NCBI GenBank assembly: GCA_040437565.1
Contig: JBDOQK010000015.1
Span: forward strand, 186,001-250,000
Length of the DNA stretch: 64,000 nt
Reading direction: 5' to 3'
From: Albugo candida
Taxonomy: Eukaryota
How positions within the stretch are numbered: position 1 is the stretch's first letter; the number at the start of each line of letters is the position of its first letter. Made by a program: the position numbers and the translations under genes. Positions 45,901 to 57,347 of the stretch are shown here, one piece after another. Under the pieces are notes generated by a model. The model was given only the letters and a program-made list of their open reading frames with translations, did not search any database and was not told the origin of the DNA.

Positions 45901-46411
45901 TGCATACAGTTTGGTCTCCTACATCCTTCTGCTGAAAGATCGGCATAATGGTAACATTCTACTGAACGCCCAAGGCCATCTCATTCACATTGATTTTGGC
46001 TTTATTCTCGGAATCGCTCCTGGAGGTGCCTTCAGCTTGGAAGATGCTCCTTTCAAACTCACACACGAAATGGTCCAAGTGATGGGTGGATTAGACTCGG
46101 ACGGGTACCAGCAATATCGTCGGCTTTTATGTGACGGCTTTGTAGCCGTTCGAAAGTATCAACGCGAGATTCTCGCTCTTTTGCAAACAACCGGTCAACA
46201 ATCTCCATTCCCGTGTTTTTCACCTGGAAAAAGCAATAAGAAGAAGCATTTGGCTCGCTTACTTGCAGGTGTTCACGACAGACTACATACCCCGAAATCC
46301 CGAGAAGAGCTGGAGAAAAAAGTAGATTATCTCTTGCGTAAGAGCTATAACGCATGGGGAACCCGTCGATATGACGCGTATCAGTTACGAAGCAACAACA
46401 TCTACCCTTGA
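42956..46411 (+). CDS. Phosphatidylinositol 4-kinase (type III-beta-like) with N-terminal PH and FYVE-like domains
   Basis: PH: MRGYLRKR...WVDAIE. Eight-Cys finger: CYQC..CSSC..C..HC..CNGC. Kinase: IVKTNDDLRQE, KDRHNGNIL, HIDFGF, FKLT. Confidence 0.92.
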   Translation: MEDGSSSSATFLRLTETEGIKTDHEPIELRNAETETEVTEISERQASHKISKFAGLPLNTIETNGHNLDIILENSQSTIHTDDIIMRGYLRKRYRNNYYMGSYRFCVLRGVCLRWFISEEDATTGTRWRGEEYVKAIERWSGFGSIRTYPHAFAIHTESGRVLLCSASTLKEKKNWVDAIETALKASGSRHTSATFGMLEGNPDGRRIVPEDIIRNHQRLGYGNTFLGNADQPIPSSADTSSLGLSTANSAQTQAPRECYQCKHHFKKFVSRRIVCSSCNWTFCRRHCRQFISLYHIESNNSFLRRCCNGCVIRQDFLKYLDSFIKFLNALVQKRQTVKMLIESKLSEAIRGDGTPNQFQSESYPSVVERLRTDPMSLIRTIKILYRSRRDPCLFRIACERLPFYIENSIDRVETLWYQILHLVQCLEDDIDVSFIQIFYLKRYIRAVCRRSPRIALQTIWNTQASLNDITSHNSNLLLEVLAFTFPPTRLRLTSDNDIECPDLWSDMILMDSPDHQRCAIIARLMHVSRYVEGIIQEDGEEAWVDRWLNANSPQEFQKSAKELHETGISLCEQQTSITYESLDVPSLQKDAEKINAGSLVFEDLVMKQVQFVKSLAAISDGLRGVYPEKRRSVVLEEELIRLNEQLHDTLYPLSSASDELYRVLRVPPTEGKVFMTKERAPTMLLVETVPLHARDEAVYGDDDRILRPFLSSSRLSCTILDFEMDEKKYVPEAPTSLHLDELDDEASQFTDSQCSVKTAPWLTPCARSTSARAQRSTEMWREFSTDVEDDGPEYSQTMINTHPARSSVHHDSSHFREAEGDTGSFRRKSHHDVGESLVYNCNVYGESWKDKQERIRRNSPVGNLPGWKLFTIIVKTNDDLRQEMFTMQIIQKFQSVFQRENLPLWLRTYRIVATGANIGLLETITDACSLDHLKKSFGNGEKTLYEYFQAAYGDTRSMTVSKYVAEVGLEEARNNFINSMAAYSLVSYILLLKDRHNGNILLNAQGHLIHIDFGFILGIAPGGAFSLEDAPFKLTHEMVQVMGGLDSDGYQQYRRLLCDGFVAVRKYQREILALLQTTGQQSPFPCFSPGKSNKKKHLARLLAGVHDRLHTPKSREELEKKVDYLLRKSYNAWGTRRYDAYQLRSNNIYP

Positions 46412-46474
46412 TCCTTGAAACGTTTGCCTATCAATAGATTCACACGCTGTGCATGAGCTCTGACGAGAAGGTCG

Positions 46475-49400
46475 ATGAACGCTTTGATCGACGTGGAATG
46501 TGAGTTTGCAGACCACAATGCTGCCATACACACAATGTGTTTTAATGAACGGCAAAACACTTTTGTCTCGTGTGATCCCAACGTACTTCGATTATGGAAA
46601 GCGGGTCAAATGCCTGGAGGAAGCAGTATGGATGGACACAGTTGTCGTGCGACGCAATTGCGTCGAGTCAAATTACCTTCCAGAACGAATTGTCACATCC
46701 AAGCGATTGTTTATATCGAATCGCGCGACCTGTACATCGCCTCAGCTCAAGATGGAACGTTCCGAGTGTACGACAACATGCTGGAAGAGCTGACGTCTAT
46801 CCATACGTCTCGCGGACACATTCAGTGTCTCGCTTTCGATTCCAAGCACCAGCTGCTCATTGCCGGAGGATTGGATGGATGCACAGCTTGGCGTGTACGA
46901 GAGTCGACCCAGGATGCTGGATTCAATCCGCTGTACGAACTCTTTCGACTCGATACATACTTCAAATCCTCTTGCAAACATTTGCAAGCGCATTTGGCAA
47001 ACTCTGATCGGCTTTGGATCACTTTTTTGAAAGTCGATACGCACGAAAACAAACTGTTCACACTCTGCAAAGAGCATGTTGAGGTATTTGACACAGAAGA
47101 CGGTCGACTCGATGAGACACTTTATAATTTCTACGCAAAAGATTTGGGCGCATTAAGCAGTTTGGCTCTCATCCGCAAAGCGCAAATGATGGTTCTTGGA
47201 ACTTCAAATGGAGCGATTATGATCGTATCAATTCATCCGACATCGGTTTTGAACGTTTTCAGAGAACATGGAGGCGCGGTAACGAGTATGATGGTGCATT
47301 ACGGGTCGTCGTTCTTACTCTCTTGCTCCCTGGACGGAACGATTCGTGTCTGGGATCTGGAAGTACGACAACATGTCCATTGTCTGACGACAAATGAACA
47401 CATGTATGAGCTTGGAGAATGCAGTGGATCATCATCAAGTCGCTTTTACACTCGATTTCGGAACAGTATACGAGTGTATCGCATCTATTCCGCAGTCAGA
47501 GAATTCTTCTCGAGTCTCGCTCGTATCACGAGAATCGAGCGCGTGAGTGTGAGTTTCTTAGCGTCAAAATCGATTCGCGAGCGTAACGAAATGGAATGCG
47601 ATCACAAAGCACTGGTTTTAATCGCTGCTGCTGACAATACGATTCATATTTTGGATGGAGAACGAACGCGACAAGCTCCATTGTATTCGTGGATTCCTGG
47701 CACTAAAGCATCAGAAATCATCGACGTATCGTTCCATGTCGAAACGCGTCATCTGTTTCTTCTCCACAGGAATCAAACAATAGCAATGACTGACACTCAG
47801 CAGCCCAATATCGACAATACGCGCAATATCTATCGTTCGATTGACTGTAGCCTGAATCCAGCAGCACGAAATGGCGTCCGCATGATCTCTCCGACTCGAC
47901 CGATGGAATGTGACATTCCAGCCGAGATCAGGTCGGCTCGAAGAGGTCGAGATAGCTTTTTGTTTGCGAATTTGACTCCGGAAGGGAATGTTCAGTGTCT
48001 CTGCTGTCTTCATTTCACACCGATTTTGGAAACGCATATTCAGAAACCAATGTGGCGGAACGACACAGTCGATGCGAAAAACTCTTTTCGCGCTGATGAG
48101 ATACTTTTCTGCACCTCACACAATCGTCAAAGTCTGGTGAGGCCTCGAGTCACGTGGGAAGAAAGGAGAATGGCTGGTGTACGAGCACCTTTGGAATGGA
48201 TTGTATGTGGCACTTCGTCAGGCGAACTCGTTTTTTGGAACACGGAATGTGAGCCAATTGACTGTATGCTTCCATCGGCTATCGTCAAGCGCGTCCACAA
48301 AGATCCTGTGACATATATCACTGCGAGCATTGCTACTCCGTGTATGGTGAGTTGCAATACATCTCATCAGTACTATATATGGCATCTACAGCCGTCTTTC
48401 GATCTGAAGCAAATCGTCTCCTTCCAGCCTGCAACTCCATTCTCATGTATTGGATTTTCGCCCATTTCCGAGTCGATGGTCGCTGGATATGACGATGGAT
48501 TGGTGCTCATGATCGAGTACAGCGAGCTGCGTGAAGCGAAAGCTGTTGATGACGTTGCGAGGTTCCAAATTGCAAGCGAATTGACTCCCGCTGATGAGGA
48601 TCACGACACAACCGTCGTGGCGGTCGATTTTCTGGACGAGAAAGCGATTTTTATCACTGCAAGTGCCGATGCGATACTCAAAATTTGGAGCTCGCAGAAA
48701 GTGTTATTACGACAACTAATGACCGCAATGGCTGTATCATCAGTTCGCTTTATAAACACTCGTGGTGATTTGCTGGTGGCTTCCGAGAAACGAGCGTACA
48801 CGCTGATTCAGGATGAGATAATACCTGATCATGTACGAGTAATGACGCTAGAGCAGATTGGGATCGCCAAAGAGAGACGCCGATGCGAACTGAAGCGAGA
48901 ATTCGCTACTGATGAAATGGATCAAAAAGTAGCGCAAGTCGATGCTCCTGTGCCCGAAATGGAAAAAATTGCCAATACAGCAATTCTTTCGTCATCGACC
49001 AGCAAGCAATTCCAATCTTTGTGCATGGAACACGTGAAATATCATTTAGCGTCTTTGGAAACTCCGATTCTTCGACATGCATCCATTGAGACCGGACCTC
49101 TGAATGCAGACGTCATTACGTGCAAACAAGTGTCAGCGAATATGGTACGGAGGCTGCACATTGAAAATGAAGTCACTGAATATCTCGCTGTAGTGTGAGG
49201 CTGAAAGTATCGTGCAGGAAGAGAGAATCACGTCCGATGATGTAAAAGTTCCATCTCAAACATCCATTAGACTCGCCTCAAGTATCGAGAAAAGTGGCTC
49301 GATAAAGCCTCGACAACAAACTTTGAGCGCAAGTGAAAAGATGGCGAAATGTGACTCTGATAACAGCAAACTCGCATTCAAACCAAAGGAATGTATTCAT

Positions 49401-49526
49401 CTTCCACATCTTCCGTCCAGTAATTGCAAAAAACAAAATTCAATTCACGTGAAGACGCCGCGAATTTTGTGGAATGCAATTGGCGGCAATCAAAGAAGAT
49501 CAATTGCATCCTTTCGACAGTCATAA
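46475..49526 (+). CDS. WD40-repeat protein (last exon after a probable intron at about 49145-49193)
   Basis: WD motifs HGGAVTSM..LLSCSLDGTIRVWD and HDTTVVAV..ITASADAILKIW. Confidence 0.8.
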
Positions 49527-49937
49527 CAGCTCACAAATGACACCGAGTAGCAATACCAGTGCCAGAACACGAGACGCATATGGACGGGATGCGATACTGC
49601 AGCCACAACGGGCGGCAGCTACACGAATTGAAGCGATCTGATCGCCCCAATATCCATACAAGCTCTTTGATGGATCAAAGTAGTAATCTGGTGGGGTGTA
49701 AACACCTCGACATGATTTTGACATTGCGTGTAGAAGAGATTGGCATCCAGCTGGACAAATCTTCAGAACTGGATCGCACGCTAAACACGATCCTGAAGTC
49801 GTTCCATTGCCTCTATCCCCAATTTTCTCGACTATTTGCCCACAGGAGACCCAGGATGCACCCAGAGGCTTTGGCATTGTACTCGCGGCATCCACAAGCA
49901 AACACGGCAGGAAGACGCAGAATTTCGGTCTCATCAC
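49521..49937 (-). CDS. Small secreted cysteine-rich protein with hydrophobic C-terminus (possible GPI anchor)
   Basis: Hydrophobic N-terminus, 8 Cys in the core, and C-terminal VLALVLLLGVICELL. Confidence 0.7.
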   Translation of the reverse strand: MMRPKFCVFLPCLLVDAASTMPKPLGASWVSCGQIVEKIGDRGNGTTSGSCLACDPVLKICPAGCQSLLHAMSKSCRGVYTPPDYYFDPSKSLYGYWGDQIASIRVAAARCGCSIASRPYASRVLALVLLLGVICELL

Positions 49938-49997
49938 AAGGCAGGAAGTTTGCGATTATATTTAGATGATCATATAACCGCTAATGAGATCAGTTGA

Positions 49998-52094
49998 TCA
50001 GTAGCTTCTTCCCCATAATGTCCAGGTTTTCGCCGGTTTCCCACTGATAAAGCATCGGAGGCTTTCATCGAACGGCTGTTTATTGTTGTCAAAAGGATTG
50101 CACAATGTTTTTGCTGCCGCACTCGTCGCTGTGTTCTCAGCTTCATCCTCTAAACCCATCAGCGCCAAAGATTCTTGACGGCTTTTTGTCTTGACAACTT
50201 CCTCCCATTCCACTTCATTGCAAAATGGCGTCAAAATCATATTTCCTTGACTCAGTGCCGACACGAAATCATTCCATTCCGTCACTGTCTGGATGTGTGA
50301 ATCTCGCTTATGTCGCGCACGGGCAAGCATGTCGCTTTGTATCTCTTCCAGGAGTGCCGGGATCAACGTCGATAGTTTTGAGACTGGAACATCGGTCTTG
50401 ACGCCATTGTCTCGACGAACAACACGCACTTGATGGCTCATGAGGTCTTTGGGTCCGATTTCGAATCGAAGAGGGACGCCTTTGAGCTCCCAGAAATTGT
50501 ATTTCCATCCCGGCGTGTAGACTTGTCGATCGTCCACCTGAACTCGGACACCTACAGACTTTAAAAGCTCGCACACTTTGTTCGCTTGATTCGATATCTC
50601 GTCAATCTCTTGTTGGTCCTTGTACGGAATCGGGACAATGATCACCTGTAGTGGTGCAATTCTCGGTGGTAGAACCAGTCCTTTATCGTCACCGTGAACC
50701 ATGATCATGATGCCGATCGAGCGGGTCGTGAAGCCCCATGAGGTTTGAAATGGGATCAGTTTCTTCCCATCTTCGTATTCAGCTGCAATGCCAAACATTT
50801 TTCCAAAATTTTGACCTAATTGATGCGAAGTCGCAGCCTGGATGCCACGTCCGGTAGCAGGAATAAAGCCTTCAATGGTCGTCGTGTAATCGGCTCCAGC
50901 AAATTTTTCCTTCTCGGTCTTGATGCCTTTGATCATCGGTACAGCTAATAGCTCTTCATAAGCAGCTGCGTAGAAATCAAGAATTTGGTAGACTTGCTCA
51001 TCGGCTTCTGCTTTCGTCGCATGAGCCGTATGACCTTCTTGCCATAAAAATTCTCGGGTACGAATAAAAGGTGTTGGATTTTTGAATTCCCAACGTACAA
51101 CATTATTCCACTGATTCAGCTTTAAAGGAAGGTCTCGATGACTTCGTATCCAGTTTTTGAAGGCTGGGTACATGATCGTCTCACTTGTGGGGCGAATGGC
51201 GATCGGCTCTTTCAGGTCGGAGCTTCCAGACTTTGTCACCCACGCGACTTCAGGTGCAAAACCTTCCAAATGATCTTTTTCTCTCTGCAGTTTCTCACTG
51301 GACACGAAAATTGGAAAGTAGCAATTCTTCACGCCAATTGATTTAATACGAGAATCAAGAAAATCTTGAATATTTTCCCAGATTTCGTACGAATACGGCC
51401 GTAAGATATAGCAACCAGAGATGTCGTAGTAATCGATCATGCCAGATTTTGTGATCACTTCGGTGTACCATTCTCCGAAATTCTCAGTTTGTGTATAGCT
51501 GAGACCCTCGTGTGATTTCTGCTCTGTCGATTTTGCAGCTTTCACGCTTTTTTTCGCCACGATCCGAGTTGGTGTGCTTTCACTCAAATTATCCACAAAG
51601 TCGATAAGTATGGGTTCATGTTTGAATGCCGTAGCGAATGCCAAGAGAGCTTTTGGCGTTAAAGAGAGTGTGATATCATTCCTTAACGGATGACAATGAA
51701 TTCTGTTGGTCTCTAACAGCAATGTATCCATCACAAAACGAACTTGTTGCGTTGTATCGTGCATGACACAAAGAGGGGATACAGAGCCTTTTTGAACGTT
51801 TAGCGCCGTTTCCAGTACATCTTCGCCAGCAAATCGTAAATTATACTTTTTACCACTACCTACAGCACTTAATTTTTGACCGAGAAGCTTTGTATCGACC
51901 TTTGTAGATGCTGCAGTAGTGACTAAAAACACTCCTTCTTTCTTGTCTTTAAACACGAGATTTTTCGTCAAAATACCATCGAGATGGCCTAATTCCGTCA
52001 CTAAATCCTCTACTGTCGGAAGTGGTTTATGCTCATGACGCTCATACGTCAGCGAAAGCCGCTCGAGCGCCGCGATCACAGCTACCTCACTCAT
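49998..52094 (-). CDS. PARS: Prolyl-tRNA synthetase (eukaryotic type) with N-terminal YbaK/ProX editing domain
   Basis: IRPTSET, WNNVVRWE, REFLWQEGHT, QAATSHQLGQNF and C-terminal WGRSY. N-terminal TKNLVFKDKK...GSVSPL; start at MSEVAV. Confidence 0.95.
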   Translation of the reverse strand: MSEVAVIAALERLSLTYERHEHKPLPTVEDLVTELGHLDGILTKNLVFKDKKEGVFLVTTAASTKVDTKLLGQKLSAVGSGKKYNLRFAGEDVLETALNVQKGSVSPLCVMHDTTQQVRFVMDTLLLETNRIHCHPLRNDITLSLTPKALLAFATAFKHEPILIDFVDNLSESTPTRIVAKKSVKAAKSTEQKSHEGLSYTQTENFGEWYTEVITKSGMIDYYDISGCYILRPYSYEIWENIQDFLDSRIKSIGVKNCYFPIFVSSEKLQREKDHLEGFAPEVAWVTKSGSSDLKEPIAIRPTSETIMYPAFKNWIRSHRDLPLKLNQWNNVVRWEFKNPTPFIRTREFLWQEGHTAHATKAEADEQVYQILDFYAAAYEELLAVPMIKGIKTEKEKFAGADYTTTIEGFIPATGRGIQAATSHQLGQNFGKMFGIAAEYEDGKKLIPFQTSWGFTTRSIGIMIMVHGDDKGLVLPPRIAPLQVIIVPIPYKDQQEIDEISNQANKVCELLKSVGVRVQVDDRQVYTPGWKYNFWELKGVPLRFEIGPKDLMSHQVRVVRRDNGVKTDVPVSKLSTLIPALLEEIQSDMLARARHKRDSHIQTVTEWNDFVSALSQGNMILTPFCNEVEWEEVVKTKSRQESLALMGLEDEAENTATSAAAKTLCNPFDNNKQPFDESLRCFISGKPAKTWTLWGRSY

Positions 52095-52842
52095 TTTAAT
52101 TTCTGGCTCAAAATCACCAAACGCTAATTCAAGGTCAAGATGAGAAGGAATAGGATCGTANNNNNNNNNNNNNNNNNNNNNNNNNNNNNNNNNNNNNNNN
52201 NNNNNNNNNNNNNNNNNNNNNNNNNNNNNNNNNNNNNNNNNNNNNNNNNNNNNNNNNNNNATAGAGATGATATTCCCTTGATCTTCGACAATACTCATCC
52301 CCACTGCTTCCGACACACTCACAGGCTGCTCCAATGGAGCGCGTGGATCCACATATCCCTGCTGAGCGTTCGGACGTCCTTCCACAACTCGCGTTTCATT
52401 ACCAGCTCGAACGATTTCGGCTTCTGTCGCAGACGGCGTTCCATGCAGAGCATAGCTGGTGTCTTCATCCTCGTACATGATGTATCTGTATTCAAAAGGA
52501 ATCTGCTAGCGACCAGTCTGGTTTAAGAGTGAAGAGACAGCATTCAAATTCTTTCACCAAGTAACTGATTAGAGCCCGTTCAAGCCGAGTTACAAATAAC
52601 ATGTGCTTTAGTGCTACTTTCCGCATAAACTCAGCTGAAGTATCGTCTTGGGATAAGGTGAGGCAAATGTAGCGAGTGGGAGAAGAGTTGGCGGTTAGTG
52701 GATACTTTGTGGCACTTGCTACCCGCACGATCAGTGTAGACTGCCTTTTGTGCCACATACTCGACGACAGACATTTTCTCCTTCGGCGTTTGTAGCAAAC
52801 ATTCGTTTGTATATATGTAAAGGATTTATAGCTACTTTCAAG

Positions 52843-55387
52843 TTAGGATTTAACAGCCAAATTCATCAAATGCTCCATAAACACTTTGAGGCTAACATCG
52901 TCTGTGAAAATAACTTCCCCTTGGCCGTCCATACTGTTATGCGTCACTGATGGATTCAATTTTGCCATCAAGAATCGAGATTGACTCTTGTGTTGATCGC
53001 AGACAATGTAACGCGGCACTGGGAACCTAGAATCCATTATTAGTTGAGCATCGGCTTGGGGAGCTTCCAGTAGATTTTTAAAATTGATATGTTGCGGGTC
53101 ATCTTGGAACTTTTGGTCACGCCAGGCGGCGATTGTGTCGCCGTGGAAGACAACGACGTAGAAGAAGGAATCCAAAAGCAAAATTGTATCAGGTCGAACG
53201 CTTGCAGCATCCAAAAGAGCCGGGACGGGTGGTCCATTGAATGAGTACGATAAAAGGGATGGCTGAATCATGACCAGCGAATTCGTTGTGCTTTCACGCA
53301 AGAGACAATGTCGAAAGTATGTGCTTTCATCGGGTGAGTACCCAAATACAGTCAGAAATTGTGATCGTCGGAGGTGGAACATAAATTGCGGGAATATCGC
53401 AAATTCGGGTGACAAACGAAAGCTCGATGGATCATCTTTACGATACTCTGCAAACCGAGTCGCTAAGCGAATCAACGAGCGGTCGATCCAGCGCATGATA
53501 TCCAATTGCTCCTCACCTTTTTCAGATCGATGGACTGCAACTCGAGCTAGCAATACAGCAGCTGCTTCCTGGTCGAAACCTCTTCCTAGAGAGGTTGTAT
53601 CGTTTGGATCAACTGTCCAAGGTCCACAAACTGTAGTGACACGAGTGCGATAGCGTCCACTAGCGTGCTGGTAGCGAGTTATCAATTGAATAAATCGACT
53701 TTTTCCGGGAGCTAAAGCCACTTGGTTTGCCACATCAAAATAAATCGCAATAGTCGTATTCGGATCAATCCCGCCCATTGACCAGATATTAGTTCCACCA
53801 ATTCCGATCTCCGTCTCGGAGATGTTTTTCGGTGCTGCTCCTTGACGCTTTGTTGCAGCACAGTGGCCAATAGCCCCAGCAACTTTAAATTCACGACTTG
53901 TCAATACTTCCACAGACGCAGCAAACGCCATTGTGAGATGATCTTTATCGCACTCTGCAGCTTCATCTGAGAATTTGCTAAACATACGCCGAAAAGACTC
54001 GCGAAAAACGGATTGACCGAAAGAGTCCGCCAAAACGATTACCCCGCCAGTCTTTTGGACACAGGACTTCATTTCCAGCACTCCACTTTGATCCAAGGAA
54101 CAAGCAAAGATGTCCACAACGTGGTTGGAAGTCACACAGCGATTTGACAGTTCCTGATAAAACGCCACTGCTTTCTTGGACAAAGGAGCGTTGTCTTTCT
54201 GAAGATCGGTGTGAGAACGAATGTCCTGTTTTCGATCGCGATTCACAATTGCTCCGGTTCCAATTGTTGGAGGACCTCCAACAAACATCATGATACGAGC
54301 TCCTTGGCCTCGATACGCTGATTCCAATAGACCCACACAGACGGATAAGGCGACTCCCGTGCATCGCTGTGGGCGTTGGTCTGCGCTAACCGGCCAAGGA
54401 TCTTTTTGCAAGTCTTCTAGAATAGATTCTAATGTGAATCCACACTCAAAAACTGGTAAGAGGAAGCGTGAGACCGGATGCTGCTGTTGTTGCTGTGGAT
54501 TTGCCGCATTGGGTTGCGGACGATTTACAGACGTCAAACCCAGCATATCATGCACTTGTTGCACTGTGAAATCTTTACTTCCACGAAAGACGTACGATTT
54601 TGGAATTTCCGGAAATCCTAGCTCATGAACATGCACCATAGTGCCAAATGTAACGAGTCCAATTAAAGCATTAGGAGGCAACTGATTCAAAGTCTGCTGA
54701 ATCGAGTCCTTCAGTTCTTCCAATTCATCTTCTGGTATACAAGTATCGATGCAAAATACGAAAATTGGCGGACTTGCCTGGTAATTTTGCCGCTCATATT
54801 CGAGTGTCGTGTACTGCGGAATCAGCTCAGCCGGAAGATTTTCTTGGGTAATATTCTCGGCGTAATGCGGTGGAAAATGATTCCGAGTCACGCAGAACGG
54901 ACATACCCAAATTTTGGAAACAAAATCCACCTGGCAGAATGGGTTGAGGATAGCTGCACAGCTTTTACAGTGAACTGGATCATATTCCAAAGCGGGAGGG
55001 ATCCCTTCGATAGGCTTCAGTGGCTGGTATAAGCATCCCACAGGTACAACAGATCGAGTCTGTTCCAGTTTGGTACAGGGCCAGCTATTCCATGAAAATC
55101 GAATGCCATCTTTGGACTCCATTTCATGAAAGTCCCATTCCTGTGCCGGAACGTTTTGGTAGCCTCCGGCTTGTTGCTGAGCGTACTGATCGAACTCGAC
55201 TGGTTGCTGCTGGGCATATTGGTCATATCCCGCGGCTGGTGCTGGCGCTTGCGGCTGTGAGTACTGTTGGTACTGATCATAACCTTGTTGGCTATATTGC
55301 TGCTGAGGTTGCGCAGCTTGCTGGTGTTGACCGTACTGTTGCTGCATGTATTGTTGTTGTTGATCATATTGACCATACGATTGAGGC

Positions 55388-55422
<35 letters not shown>

Positions 55423-55464
55423 ATCATAGGCAGCGTTGTAATTTGCAGCGTAACCACCGTGCAT
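52843..55464 (-). CDS. SEC23: COPII coat protein Sec23 with Gln/Tyr-rich N-terminal extension
   Basis: [11 protein letters not shown], zinc finger [37 protein letters not shown] and IFTDDVSL. Confidence 0.97.
55387..55422 (-). repeat. CAG/CAA repeat, poly-Gln (12 codons)
   Basis: Directly visible in the sequence. Confidence 0.9.
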
Positions 55465-57347
55465 TTTAGTGCGGAGACTTTTGGATGGCGACACGCGTCG
55501 AAGAATCAGATTTTAGAGCTTATCCTATCTTAAGGTAAATGTCTGAAAATAGGTGTTCGGATCCATCGAATCTCATTTATTTTAAGTACTTTATGTAAAG
55601 CTACACATGTTTTATGCAAGTGGAAGCCTACGAGTATGAATGAGGCCAACAGGAAGGTGGCTTCCCGAGTGATAGTCATTTACCACTTTAGAATGTCACG
55701 TAGTGGTTGACTAACTCATCACTGGACACACGAATGAGAGAGTACGTGTAATGCTCAAAGCTCTTGGCTCATGCTCTTGACCTTGGCAAAACGCGCAGCA
55801 ACTCCTTTGACTTGAACGTCTTTCCGCGTCGAATTTATGCAACAGGTTTCCGAATGTGAATTTGGGATTCCACTTTGCAGCGGAATTTATGGCACAACTT
55901 TGATCTTTGACTCAACTTCGATGGTATCAGGCACATCCATCTGCGAATTGTTGGCTGACAAGCACAAGTGCATTCCTATATCAGCTGTGCTATGTGGAAT
56001 CAGCAGCTTCGTATCGCCGTTAATGAACTTTGCCCCACCAACGGCGGCATGTGGCGAGCCAAAGTCGTAACGGTAGGAATACGACGGGAGTCCCTATTTT
56101 TCATGATATATTGCATTTGACCGCCATCGAATATGAGGATACAGGAACGCATCTGCGTGACATCTAATTGGCAAACGCTTCTATCATATCCTTTGATATT
56201 CACATGCCAAATCAATCGAACATTACCTTCCGTACCGCATGCTCGTTGCACGATGAGAGTGTGTTGCCATAGTCGACCGCAAGCTCTCATTCAGATTTAG
56301 ATCTGAGAATGAGCCAGTAAATTCAGTATGTACTGAGTCGGTACGATAGCAAAGGGTAAAGATCATTATGATTTGAATTCTTGGCTGATTGACGGCTCTT
56401 ACACCACGCGATTGGCTCTGTTCACAGAAGGATAAAGTAGAAGCTAGCATCAGTTGGGCCATCAGGATCGACCTCTACTCATCACTAAAGGCACTTCATC
56501 CGAAGCGACTCATTCTGCGTACTTCCGTACGGTAACATGCACAGCACATGTTTAATTGAAACGGAGCCTCCATTTGCATCGGCAAAAATAATACTTGGTG
56601 CAGGAAAATGGAGGCCATGTCGATTGGCTAGCCAAGTCTCCAACTTGAATTCCATTAGAAGTGCAAATGTGGACAGTACGATGGTCGGGTGCTTGATCAC
56701 TGTGTATGGCGGTATACTGATTCCAAAATGAGCAACAACGTGAGGAACGCTGGCTAAGCCACAACTGAATAGGGTTCCTACCAACTTGAATTATAGCTGC
56801 AGTGCAACGATGGGCAGCTGACGCTAGCGGAACTTCTATCCATGTATACATGGTATCTTAACACTTTTCTCTCTCTCGGTCTTACAACTTGTGAATTAAT
56901 AAGTTGTCTTGCAATCTGATATTGGAAAGATGGATACTAAAGTATATGATAGCACTCTCGAATATATCTGCAACAGAACAGCGATATTATCATTTCAGCT
57001 GTCCATTAGAGCTGAAATCATGCTCAATTTCTCATAGTGGTAAATGAATCCGATCAAAGTGCTACGGCAAAGATGTCTATGGTAGTCGTGTGTTGCTTAT
57101 TTGAGTGTGATGATACTATAAGCAAAGTTTGCTTCCAGATCAATTTATTCTTTCTGCTGACTCCAATTGCACCTGGAAATGCCTCATTACACCTCTGAGT
57201 CGACTTGTTCTGGTTATTCGTGTAGTAATTCATGTGAGAATTCACCCAACTCTGAGAGCTCAATGGTCATTCGCGCGTCTAATAACAGTCAGGCGCACTT
57301 TATAGAAACAATCAGATCCCGTACCTATAAGCTCGTACGTCACCAGT

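Noticed and set aside
49998-52478. 826-aa ProRS ORF with an extra N-terminus
   Set aside because: The ORF caller read through Ns. The credible start is at 52094.
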